Shown here piece by piece: positions 35,401 to 46,540 of a stretch of 64,000 nt of DNA. Source of the stretch: Trichoplax adhaerens (Eukaryota > Animalia > Placozoa); NCBI RefSeq assembly GCF_000150275.1, contig NW_002060944.1:8766159-8830158 (forward strand). Reading direction: 5' to 3'. The position numbers and the translations under genes were made by a program. Positions within the stretch are counted from its first letter, which is position 1. The number at the start of each line of letters is the position of its first letter. The notes under the pieces are model-generated. The model saw only the letters and a program-made list of their open reading frames with translations. It ran no database searches and was not told the DNA's origin.

Positions 35401-38400
35401 TTATAAAAATGAAAAGAAAATTTCGAAAGGTTTCAATTTCACTCTTCATCCACGATAAACGTATCTCAGACTAACTATTTTAATTTTTATCAGCTTACTT
35501 GCGCAGTAAACTCCAGCATAACTAGAGAAACATGCCACAGTATTATTAGGATTACTACCAGGACAATCAAAGATGGATGATTCATAGCCTGAGCATTTTA
35601 AGTTTCTCATTCCACTTGTAATTAACGGGCTTCCAAATGCAGCACTGCTAGTAATGCTAGTAGCACCAGCAAAACCCATTTGTTGACATACTACATGAGC
35701 ATCGTAGAGCGTGAAATCACTGGAACAAATTGGTCTCTGTTCATTATTGTAGAAATATTGAACACGTCCAACATTGGGATGATAAGGTCTTCCAGCGACA
35801 AGCGTTATTGATTTATTAGTGAATGGCCCTATAAACAGTAGCAAGAAGATTAGTTGCTCATCTATTGATTTTAACATCTTTATCTGATCGATCATTGCTG
35901 CTCTATCCTATAATATGATCATTATTTATAATGGATACGCAATCCCCAGAGTAAAATGTCATTTAAAGTGTTCATAAGAAGACTTAGAGAAAGCTGATCT
36001 ATCAGATTTCGCAAACCGCATACCTTTTTCACATCTATTTCCTGCATAGGAATAACTACATTTGCATGTATATGAAACGGTACCGACTGGCGTGCATTGA
36101 CCGTTATTTTCACAAGAATTGGGATTGCAAAAATTTCTGAGCTGACATTTGTCTCCATAGTAACCTTGTGGACAGTGACATTGCGCGATTGTTGCAGGAA
36201 TACCAAAAACAGTGGTATGATTGAGAGAGCAAACACCGTTGTTAAGGCATGGATTAGTTTGGCAAGTGGAATCTACAAGTTATTATTTTGATAAAAATGA
36301 ATTTATTTTGAAAAGCATTTGCATATCAGCTATTAATCAGGGAAATAAATTATTCAATTTAGAAATATGAAATGTTATTCGAGGTATATACTTGTTAACA
36401 TGATCTATTATTTTGATGAAAGTAAATTTCGTTTTAAACCAATTGCATATTAGCTACGGTATTAATTAGCGCGTTGACTTGTTCAATTTAGAAATATGGA
36501 ATGCTATCCTAGCTATATACTTACTAATACACTCTACTCTAAATCGATTAAAGCAAGTAAACGTGTTTTTTCCATAAGTAAAGGAGCAGTTAGCAATTGA
36601 GCTTTCGCTGCCAGTGCATGTCATCGTATTGATCCAAATTTTTCTTGAAGGGCCAGAGTAGTCGCAACAGTAAGATCTTTTATAGCCTACAGAATAGCCT
36701 AATTGTTTGCAAGCCATAACAGCGATGGAGTCATCGTTTGACGTACAAATTGATCCCCAAACACCGTTGTGGAAAATTTCAATTGCTCCTTTTGCTACAT
36801 TTAGTACAGATGCGTTGGAGGCTTTATAATAGTCATAAATGCGAACGGAGCCTTCTAATGGTAGAGTAACTAGAGTGAAGTAGCAAATAACAGTTATAAT
36901 TTAAGAAAGCATCATCATGGTTCTGTTGTACGAAAATGAAATTTCTATTTATATTGGGTAATCTTGGCTTTATGCCTAACTCTGAATAGTAGTTCTATTT
37001 TAAATTTATTAATCGCTTACATTACTTTTAAATTGAGCACGATAGAATCATAGAATATGCGTTATGATATATAAGTACAATCAAAATTAAGCGCATTTTA
37101 GTGATTTAAAGAATAATTTTGTGATTTGTGATAATATACGGTACTATGCTAGATGAATTCTATTTCGTTTCTTAACAGATTTTTTTTAGGCTAAATAGGC
37201 CTAAATATTCATATCATGAATAATTTTAGATTCTGGTTGGAAAAAGAGCTACCTATTGGAGTCGTGCAGTTTGGACCAGTATAGCCGTATTTGCAAACAC
37301 ATCGAGTGGAAAAAAATCCAATTGAACGACAAACTTTATTTTGCGCTGCACAGGTCTTATTCTTTTCCGTATTGCAGTTGTTTTGATCTATGTTTTATAA
37401 GTGAATATCGTTCGAAAAATTATTTACAATAAATAGATAAATAGTTTCATAAAACATCAAAACAATTACTGTAGGTTATTTGGGCTGAATGTGCATGCTG
37501 AGATTTGCAATGAGCCATTTTTCAGTATTATGATAGGAATCCTCTTAACAAGAATATTGAAGTAAAATACTTTGGTAGATATTTGTAATATCTTCGTTCT
37601 TTGTCGGTGTTTCAAGTAAAGAATACAAATAGTGTATATCGCTATTGGTTACACTTTCATTAATTCTGCTTTCGATTTTTACTGGATTATTTTAGGCAGT
37701 ACCTTTACGGTTAGCCTTGACCGAAATTTATTCAGCTTTATAAAGTACTTACTTCTACATGTGACAGAAACTGCATTACTAGTTGAACAAGAGTCGGAAA
37801 TAACACCAAAACCAGCGTAGTTACACATCAAGATGGAAATTTCATCGTCAAGGCAACGTGTTCTACCTAGAACATATTTTGTAGCGGTACTCGTTCTTGT
37901 ATATGCTGATGCGCCAGAGTATCCAAGTTGTTGACATATAACGCTAGCCTCTCCAAGACCAAATGTGCCGAAGGAATAGCTACAGATTTCACCCCACGTA
38001 CCATTGAAGTAAACTTGGGCTAATCCTACTCCAGGTTTGACGGAATTAGCTAATCGTACGTCACCATCTTGTTGGGGTCCTATCAAACATAATTTTTATT
38101 AGAGAGTCAGCTAATTTTTCCGCAACTTGATGTTTGAAACTTTGAACACAGCAGTAAAAGCAAGAATGAATTCAAAACGAGGATATTGCATCGTAAAATT
38201 AAAATAAGCACAGCTTAATATGACAAACTGTATCTTATTCGCAGGCGTCACGCTCGAATAATTGTATTTAAAATTAATGTCAATGCAACCCTACTTCATG
38301 AAGAAGTCATCATTTCCGTAGGAGTGAAATATGAAACTTACTGGTCTGACATTGAGTTCCTTGATATGGATGTAGGCATTTGCAGCTGTAACTATTACCT

Positions 38401-41400
38401 ACTGGCTGACAAATTCCCCCATTCATACACGGGTTCAGGCCGCAGGGTTGAACTAATTAAGTTGAATAATTATAAATAAAACGTGTAATAAGTAATGCAT
38501 AAACTTAACGACTTAAATTTATAGGGAAAAATTGCTTTCTAGGGGCGTTGGAACCATATCATCGTTTTAAGCATTTTATAAAAAAATCCATCAAATTGCT
38601 AATTAATACCATATTTACTGTCCATAAAATATAAGTTCTAACAATGTTTGATAATTATTGGCATCTTACTGCAGCCTTTAAGCACACAAAACCTTAATTA
38701 TAAAGTATCATACTTATGCAGTCGTATTTAACCTCTACTTTATTACAGAATAACTCTGTCGTGATATGCTAATCGGCTACTATACACAATTTAGCATTTG
38801 CTATTTATGGTAATCAATTTCTAGCATTAATCTCTACGACTTCTACGGTACTGTCGATATTAGCAAATTTGTATGTTATTCTGTATTACTTATTTGATAA
38901 CCGATTTCACTACAATGGTAATCGGTTCGAAAAATAGAATCGATATGATTGCAGTTTCAGCAGTGACTACAAAGGTTGTCGGTATTAAGTCTATAGGGAG
39001 ACAAAATCTGCAGGAAAGTTCTAGCTCTTGTACCCGGATGAAATTACTTTAGGGTGCTTTTATATTATAGCTTAGCAAACAAAGTATTTTGTTTTGAGGA
39101 AGAAGCCTAGTACGCACGGTAATACAACATTTCTACTCCTAAGGTTATCGTTGCTAGCAACGGATTTATTAGTTCTCATTTAAAGTAGAGGAGTATGATG
39201 GATACTGTAGTGAAACTATAACCGGGTATTGGATATACTCGTATGTAGAATCCATTACAATTCTTTGGCTCTTTCTAATTGAGATACCAAGTCTACTATT
39301 TACTGGTTTAGTGACTTTAGTTTTATTCAGAAAATGATGTTTTATCGTGGTACTCACAAGTACTGCAATTTTGGCCACCATAACTGTTAGGACATGTACA
39401 AGTGTAGCTACCACCAGCTTTATCTATACAAGTACCACCATTCATACAAGGATCATTTGCACAGGCAAGCACTTTAACATGAAACGAGATAAAAATTTCA
39501 TTATTCTAGGTCATTAATACTATAAGAATGCTACCATCACAGTCTATCTTTATTCAATGGCTGTTAGAATATAGAAGATCTATAATAACTTGTAGACATA
39601 CTTGTTGCACAATTGCTACCCGTATAAGGAAAAGGGCATGCACAAGCATAGGTGGAACCATTCCCTTGGTTGGTACAGTTGCCACCATTCATACAAGGAT
39701 TAGTAGAGCATGCTAAAGCTAAATGTAAGAAAATAAATTCTACAATAAGTTCTGCTTAAGGAAATTGTTTTGTTTTAAAATCAATCTTTGAGCGTGAGTA
39801 AAAGAAGATGTGGCTTTAGTTCGATCAGTTTAATTCAATTTTATTAAATGATTGATTTAGATGCCTTATCGTTTATGATAGCTTATATTTATGCCTGCAT
39901 AATTAAACTTACTTATTTCACATCTTTGGCCAGAAAAAGGGTGTGAACAGTTACAACTATAGGCTTTACCGTTGTATGTAGTCATACATCTTCCACCATT
40001 TTGACAAGGGCTTGGAGAGCATGAGCTTGTACCTGAGATGAAAGAGAATAGAAGCAATTAAGCTCTAAGTTATGTTCATACGCGTTTAAGTGAATTCAGT
40101 ATGAAGGTTGGTGTATGGCTATACTGAAAATACAGCGTATGAATATTTTAAGTTGATCAAGTCTTTTAAAATTAAAGTAAAAGCACTTTCATATGCAAAA
40201 AATTAATCTTTACGGTGTCTGAATATTGATAAAATACTTATAGCCATTTTATGCATCAAAAATTCAGAATTATTTCAAACACTCGTATCTTTTAAGGTTT
40301 GCTTTCCAAACCATAATGGCTTAAAAATAATAAGCAACCAACATACTTGATTGATCACAGTTTCGGCCAGAATTTGCAGAAGGACATGAACAATAATATG
40401 TTGAGTAAGAAAAGTAATTAAAGCATAAGCCGTTGGTACAAGGGTTGTTACTGCATGAACCTGGACATTTCTGATCTAAAGTTAAAATATCAAGTAAATA
40501 TGAATATTAAATTTATTGGGTTATTATAAGTGCTATGCTTATTCTTATTTTGTAATCACAATAATACTTCAATGCCTACTTGGTGTATTAGCGGTTGTAT
40601 TATAACATTCTGGATTGTTGACACCAGGAGAACAGTAGCAGAAGTAGCTTGCTGCTCCAGAAGTAGTTAGAGAAATACATTTACCAACTTGACATGGGCT
40701 GCTGTTACATGGGCTATTTCTGCCATTGGAATCTGATACAAATATTGCAATACAGATGTTTAGATAGCCATGTTACTCAATAATACTAATTTATGATTGT
40801 TAGCTATCGTTATCAATTTAAATTAGTATTATATTTCTGAAATAACATTTATTACTGATGAATAAATAATTAAAAGATGCATTTGGTAAAGATATTACGC
40901 ATAATCAAGCTTTATTGATAAAATTAATGGAAATTTTTCAGTTTCACTGCAGATGTATATGCGATCTGTAACATTACGATATCACTGTTTTATTAAACCC
41001 CGATGTTATTAAAGGGAGTTATTTTAAAGTAGTAGTTTTGTATTGTATTCGTTACTATAAAGTGGATATTAGCATCTTGAAGAAAAGCTTTTCTTTTATT
41101 TAATAAATTAATTCACTACGTTTGATCGTTCATTTTCATTTGCTGCTAAATACAGTAGCCCAATTTACTTCTTCTAACTACTACATTAATATAACAGATT
41201 GAAGATATTGAGGTGATTGATAGAGTAGGATTTATAATTTTTAGCCGTATACCTATGAACGTCTTACTAAATAAAATCACTAGTTATCATCTACCTGTTT
41301 GGCAGTTAGCGCCAGAAAAGCCATTATAGCAAATACATGTTGGGGTTCCATGGATGTTTGCACATTTGCCTTGCAAGCAAGAGCTACCACCACATTCTTG

Positions 41401-43375
41401 TGAAGGACTTACTACATTAATGTTTTGAGGGAAATAACAATTAGACTTGATAAACAGCTTACAATAATCAAAATTATTTCCATGTAGATGTTCACTTCAA
41501 AGGTTTAAGAAATACATCGAAAGTATTAAGCAATTGGTAGTAATACAATATAAATTATACTATGCCAGTGTTGCAAAGTGGAAAGGTTACAACTTCACGA
41601 ATCAACTCCCTCTACTTCAAATTTAATTTGACAGTTTAATGCATGGCATTGTAGGTATACTGTTTACTTAATTAGACGCTTATCATACTAAATATTTCGA
41701 GCTAGGTTTACAAGTAGGGATTAATTAAGCATTGCCATAAATGTGTTGATACTCATCAAATGCTTCGAATACCTACATCTGCTGTTTTATTAATTTTATA
41801 TTGCTACCTGTTATACGTTCATAGGAACTGAAATACTACTGTATATCGTTGGCGTTAATCAGCGCCGTTCTGCATCAGTTTCATGACGCAGTTAATTGTT
41901 CATGTAGAGTGAATATGAATATTTAGTTTTTGTTAATGAATCTAATCTATTAGCCATTCTAATTGCCTTATACATACATACATACATAGTAATACAGTTG
42001 ATGATTCTATAGTCCATTTTTTGAACTGGACTTTCAGACTAGTTTAATATACGTAGAGTCGTTCTAAGATAAATAGCTATTACGGAGTAACGCTTGCATA
42101 GCTGTAGTAATATAGTCCCAAAAGATAACTTATCCAGGAATGCTTTAACATTAATTTATCTATAACATTTCATATATTTTTGATAGATAACTGTATAGTT
42201 GTGTAATATTATCGACAAATTGATAATTTATGTTCAATAAATTGATCATAAGCTGGCTAATACTGCAATAGTTTCGGTTCAATTATGTCTAAGACAGACA
42301 AATGGTTACCGTCTCTCTTGATCTTGTGAGATCGTCTGTATTTAGAATCGCACTATAGGTTGATGTTGGGGAGGACAAATTTGATAGTAGGCTCATAGTA
42401 TTAGTTTTCTATAATAGCTTTACTTTTCCTCGACACAAATTTAAATTTGTTACAATAGCTAAATATATATTTACCTTACGCTAATGCTTAATTCATGCAA
42501 AGGATTGTTAGCTCAGTTTACCGAATAATTGAGCTTAAACGTAGTCAATACAACCCAGATTGTTATTGAATTACCTTTCTATTGCATTATTAACTGTCTT
42601 TGATCAAGCATTGTATATCAATGATACAAAAGCTCCCTGAATAGCGCTTTTAAGCAATTTTGAAAACTTAATCATTCTAATATCACGTGGTAAATATAGC
42701 TATTGAAATATAATTAAGTATCAATAAGAGACTGTCACGGAAAGGGTGTTATCCCTGTGTTACCGTAAGTAGTATAGAACTACCATACAGTAGATCTCCA
42801 GGTGTAGTGGAGCAAGGCATAAATAATCTATTAGTTTAGTGCAGTGGTTCGCAACATAAGTTTGTGACAGTCTAGACCACTTAGAGTTTTTACTAGTTTC
42901 ATGTAGGAATGATCATGATATATTACACTAAATGGCAATTAAAATTAGTAAATAGATTATCTTTGTTGGTAAACCAGTTTAAATGACGAGTGTAATATTA
43001 TTCCAATGTCCTTTTCCATACAATAATCAGATTTCTTCAATCTTTTGATGTTGGTCCGAACTAAAATGTTTGCGAATCGCCTATATTGATCAAGCTGATC
43101 ATTTTTCTGCTCTCATAAACGTAGTATGCTTTCAATATTAACTCATATAGTTATATGTTTTAAGTACTTTATTAAATTACTTTTTGAATTTTTATCATAT
43201 ATTACTATTACCGTCCAAGTACGGTAACATTACTGTAACAGTTACTACTCTTATCAACTTACATTTAGGTACAGAACCGACAATTAGCCTGGATGATTCA
43301 CCATTTACTAGCAAAATGAGCTAAAAAATAGAAAAAATTTATCTTTGAGTTGAAATTTTTAGTATTAGATTTCAT
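20341..43375 (-). CDS. Gene C: giant type I membrane receptor, about 3,200 aa; SP, 7 EGF, 13 SRCR interleaved with EGF, 5 x (Ig + EGF), TM, cytoplasmic tail with NPVY
   Basis: 54 phase-compatible GT-AG exons summing to 9555 nt (3185 codons including stop) from 43320: 43263-43320, 41295-41411, 40580-40732, 40347-40475, 39913-40032, 39602-39718, 39358-39471, 38342-38452, 37753-38079, 37253-37387, 36525-36869, 36024-36272, 35499-35828, 35280-35399, 34686-35003, 34243-34575, 34007-34138, 33271-33600, 32930-33187, 32245-32574, 31952-32071, 31523-31846, 31206-31316, 30810-31124, 30532-30651, 29826-29936, 29485-29709, 29225-29332, 29011-29121, 28127-28894, 27724-27846, 27387-27512, 26856-27176, 26685-26733, 26498-26514, 26192-26320, 25727-26023, 25349-25421, 25220-25266, 24733-25035, 24200-24272, 23962-24008, 23423-23725, 23133-23211, 22947-22993, 22104-22418, 21864-21936, 21634-21680, 21240-21542, 21071-21143, 20902-20954, 20737-20821, 20541-20584, 20341-20429. 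The candidate ATG at 43373-43375 is one base out of frame. Confidence 0.88.
20737..20821 (-). CDS. Gene C transmembrane exon ([28 protein letters not shown])
   Basis: Hydrophobic helix followed by basic stop-transfer residues; 85 nt, the same size as in genes A and B. Confidence 0.92.
21240..21542 (-). CDS. Gene C exon: Ig-like (I-set type) domain 5, membrane-proximal
   Basis: [18 protein letters not shown]...DNGAYSC. Confidence 0.92.
22104..22418 (-). CDS. Gene C exon: Ig-like domain 4
   Basis: [19 protein letters not shown]...DAGSYRC. Confidence 0.92.
23423..23725 (-). CDS. Gene C exon: Ig-like domain 3
   Basis: [19 protein letters not shown]...NNGDFRC. Confidence 0.9.
24733..25035 (-). 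CDS. Gene C exon: Ig-like domain 2
   Basis: [18 protein letters not shown]...DNGAYSC. Confidence 0.9.
25727..26023 (-). CDS. Gene C exon: Ig-like domain 1
   Basis: [18 protein letters not shown]...DNGVYSC. Confidence 0.9.
26856..27176 (-). CDS. Gene C exon: SRCR13
   Basis: [26 protein letters not shown]...[11 protein letters not shown]. Confidence 0.9.
27387..27512 (-). CDS. Gene C exon: calcium-binding-type EGF domain
   Basis: [10 protein letters not shown]...[21 protein letters not shown] matches the cbEGF consensus. Confidence 0.85.
28127..28894 (-). CDS. Gene C exon: SRCR11-EGF-SRCR12 in one 768-nt exon
   Basis: ORF 28077-28928: LRLLGG...[23 protein letters not shown]...; EGF; [15 protein letters not shown]. 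Confidence 0.93.
29225..29709 (-). CDS. Gene C: SRCR10 split over exons 29485-29709 and 29225-29332
   Basis: [16 protein letters not shown]...ICSKLNY...[17 protein letters not shown]...LVGLSCT with a phase-1 intron. Confidence 0.85.
30810..31124 (-). CDS. Gene C exon: SRCR9
   Basis: [15 protein letters not shown]...ACKQLGF...[17 protein letters not shown]. Confidence 0.9.
31523..31846 (-). CDS. Gene C exon: SRCR8
   Basis: [16 protein letters not shown]...[12 protein letters not shown]. Confidence 0.9.
32245..32574 (-). CDS. Gene C exon: SRCR7 (correct frame missing from the ORF track)
   Basis: Manual translation [17 protein letters not shown]...VVCQQRGY...[13 protein letters not shown]...[11 protein letters not shown], no stops. 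Confidence 0.9.
32930..33187 (-). CDS. Gene C exon: two tandem EGF-like domains
   Basis: [11 protein letters not shown]...[12 protein letters not shown]; [12 protein letters not shown]...[12 protein letters not shown]. Confidence 0.9.
33271..33600 (-). CDS. Gene C exon: SRCR6
   Basis: [11 protein letters not shown]...ICRELGY...SCC...KVWVYNMKC. Confidence 0.9.
34243..34575 (-). CDS. Gene C exon: SRCR5 (absent from the ORF track)
   Basis: Manual translation [27 protein letters not shown]...VCQQLGF...[11 protein letters not shown]...[12 protein letters not shown], no stops. Confidence 0.9.
34686..35003 (-). CDS. Gene C exon: SRCR4
   Basis: [26 protein letters not shown]. Confidence 0.92.
35499..35828 (-). 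CDS. Gene C exon: SRCR3
   Basis: [15 protein letters not shown]...[11 protein letters not shown]...[11 protein letters not shown]. Confidence 0.9.
36024..36272 (-). CDS. Gene C exon: two tandem EGF-like domains
   Basis: [12 protein letters not shown]...[12 protein letters not shown]; [12 protein letters not shown]...[12 protein letters not shown] (a different frame from the ORF track entry). Confidence 0.88.
36525..36869 (-). CDS. Gene C exon: SRCR2
   Basis: [15 protein letters not shown]...ACKQLGY...SYCC...[11 protein letters not shown]. Confidence 0.9.
37753..38079 (-). CDS. Gene C exon: SRCR1
   Basis: [28 protein letters not shown]...ICQQLGY. Confidence 0.9.
38342..41411 (-). CDS. Gene C: seven N-terminal single-EGF exons
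   Basis: Exons 41295-41411, 40580-40732, 40347-40475, 39913-40032, 39602-39718, 39358-39471 and 38342-38452 have EGF Cys spacing and phase 1-1 borders. Confidence 0.88.
43263..43375 (-). CDS. Gene C putative signal-peptide exon ([18 protein letters not shown] / [19 protein letters not shown])
   Basis: The phase-1 GTAAGT donor matches the first EGF exon. The ATG frame and the downstream frame differ by one base near 43321, where an AG acceptor is also possible. Confidence 0.6.
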
Positions 43376-46300
43376 CGACGACTATTATGAATCAGCAATT
43401 AATCTATGCTGCAAATCATTGACGAGTATTTATACTATTTTTAGAGCGTTATTAATATATAAGAAGGGCAAAACACATCCGCCTGTTGAGGATGGGGATA
43501 CTGTCTAAATGACATTTAAAATATGGCTCTAGTTTAGTTACTGTAGCACAATAGTTGGAACACAAAAGAGTCAAGCGTTGTTAATCTCAATTTTCATCTT
43601 TTGCTATCATGGCAAATCTTAAAAATTGGAGTGATATATACATATCACAGGGCTAATGGAAAGTTACATGGCTTCCTGAAGGAATGAATAAAGTTAATAT
43701 TGCCTATTCGTTCATGATGATTGGATAATTGGTCAAGTCTGCTCATTTTTTAAAAGAGTTATTTCTTCGATAGTGGTCAACTTCTATTGAGGACCTAACA
43801 GGACTAAGAAGCTTTAATGCACTATCAAACATCTAGCTTAATTTAACTTTACAGTCACTGTTGCAATAGATAAATCTAAAAACTTAAACTAGTTGTAGAA
43901 CCTGCGGCTTTGATATAGTAACGACTAAATTCACTGCATGCATTTGGCCTGATCGACTGTATCTAAGACTAACATATCGCTACCAATTACAGGCCTAATG
44001 TAAACCTTTAAATTCGAACTTCTAATTGCATCTTAATTATACTAGCTTCTGTTTATCTAGTACATCTGTAGTGAACGAATTAACTTCATCCTAGAAGCTT
44101 TCATAGATTACAGTATTTAAGAGTAATATATCGTTTTTACATGTTAGATGAAAATTATTAAAATAAAAATTAACAACTAATATGATAACTAAATCAGACC
44201 ACATAGCGTGGACTTCAAATATATGTATTGACACAGAAAACACTTTTTAATTACAGCAAGTTTCCATAAATCAATACGTGCTATAGTTGGTATACTTGAA
44301 GACTTATAGAATGCAGCTTTCTTTCAAATGGTTACGACAGTGATCAGTGATATACATCTGCTAGTTACAAGCTTAACAGTAATAATACTGCTAATGGTGC
44401 AACTAATGATGTAAAATATAGCTTCTAAATAACATGCTGAATCATCACCGCATTATTCACTGTTAACACTTAATATAGCGTGAGCCTTAAAATAAAGTGG
44501 AATTTAAGCATAAGTTTTTGCCTTACCGATAAAGTCAAGAATAACCTAGTTAAAGGCAACATCTTGGAGGAATTAGCGATTGAGCTTTGCTTTATTAAAT
44601 GAATTTATTTAAATTTGTTATTTTATAGCTAATAGCGTCTATCCGAAGACTGCTATGTTTTTCTATACTCGTAAAATAATTAATATATGCAAATTTCATA
44701 AAAGCGACCTCGTAGTAAGGATGAGATTTATTAGCTCAACTATTACATTATTAAAGTTTTTCCGTCTTAATTAATTATCAAAGTAGTTGCAATGCGAGAT
44801 AATCACTGCATTAAAGCGAATTTATATCATAACATCACTGCTAAAGAAGTACTATTCTTATTTGCTTGTATTCATAAACTTCTTGCAATTTTTGTTATAA
44901 TGATGTAGGGCGTTAGCTACTTTTTATTCATGCCTAATATTTATTTAGCGCTGCATTATCCCTTATTTGCAATGAATTTCTGTTTATTTGCCTATAAAGA
45001 AGTTTTCCATTGTAAATATGAACTTTTATCTATTATTTTGATCTTATTTATTGATTTATCAATATCATTGTATTAAGAACATTTGTATACTACTTATTCG
45101 TTTACATCCTAGCCAGCATACATAAACATTTTTCATGCAGTATTTGGCTACCTGTTGAAAACATTGATATGAATTATAAAATGAAGTTTAAATAGTAGTC
45201 TGTTCAATACGATACAATATCGATGCATACAAATCAAATTTACACCAGTATTAGCTCTGAATTATTCATAGTTTTAAGTTTGACAGTCGTACAGTTTACA
45301 ATGCAGGTAATGCATCTAAAATACTCTAAATGCCGGTTCCTTTACGCGTGAATCCCAGATTGCTTATGCAACTTAACATATATTGCAACTCATAGATGTT
45401 AATCTCCACATTTCTAACTTAACTAAATTGCAACTATTTTGTTGAAATGCGAATACAGTCCTACATAATAAACGAAAATGAATAATGTGCAAGTGCTAAA
45501 TGAACTTTTATTTGTCAGTTCTTAATAAGCGAAATCTATATGTTTAGTATGTCACCTAAAATCATTTAGTTTCGTTTTATCTTATTAACGCCAACTTAAG
45601 GAGTTGCCCACTCTGTAACGTTGTCCTAGGATTTCAACCGTTTCCGATTCTTTCTTACGAAAGACTGAACCATCTAGACTATCGAAACTAACTTATACGT
45701 CCTTATTTAACAAAAATAAGATTGGATTGAAAACCAATCCATTCCATAATAAGATCGCGAAATATTTCTTTATGAACAATATTTAACGCGGTCATTTAAT
45801 GAGTAATTTACTAATAGTTTCCACAATGAAAACCAGAAAATACATTTTCAGTGTGATTTGACATTGAATATAAAATGAATGCCTTTTTTTGCGTAAAATT
45901 GCTTGGCACAAATATCGCTCAATACCGCATGTTGCATGATAGTATAAAGCTAATTTTTATCCAAATGAAGTACCGTATGGCTAGATATGAAGCGAATAGT
46001 ATAACAATTGAAGGGAGCATACATAACATGTTTGTAAAGATGGTATATTTTCATTGCCTTTATTAATCGTATATTTGAAGATATTTAAGGTGCAGTAACG
46101 CTTACGACATAACAAAACTTAATTTATTCGGTAAAATTTCACGATTTATACAGCCAATTTTACATTTCTCCATTTACTTAAGGGTTTCAATTTCAATATA
46201 ACCTCATCAATTGCATTTTATTAAAACACATTCACTAGTAATAGTGATCATTAATGTTCATAGTGGCGTAGTATCTGCTATTGTTATTGTAGCAATTTTA

Positions 46301-46540
46301 ATATACTGAACTAAGACAGATTTTTACATCAATAGCTTACATTTAATTTGCTATAAAGAGGCAAGATAAGTTTGAAGTGGTAGATTCACAAATGTAGGCT
46401 TTGCTTATTAATAAGTCTCTAGATATAAAAATGTACTATCGCTAACAGTTGCGTGAAAAAGCTACCAGATCGAATCGTCATTTTATAATTCAATTTTTGA
46501 GAAGGAGATTTAAATGAGTTATGAAAATAAAATGATAATT

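Noticed and set aside
35922-36236. Minus-strand ORFs in alternative frames (also 2835, 3724, 7274, 28226, 32323, 39169)
   Set aside because: Off-frame readings of real exons; the Cys-patterned, splice-compatible frame is different
41970-41988. Short (TACA)n microsatellite, and the GAATGGT triplet at about 15965-15992
   Set aside because: Too short to be informative; expected background
20341-43375. Assignment to Notch, Crumbs, DMBT1, LRP/megalin, stabilin, neurotrypsin or LOXL
   Set aside because: No LNR/ankyrin, LamG, CUB/ZP, LDLa/YWTD, FAS1/Link, protease or lysyl-oxidase domain was seen, so no gene symbol is given
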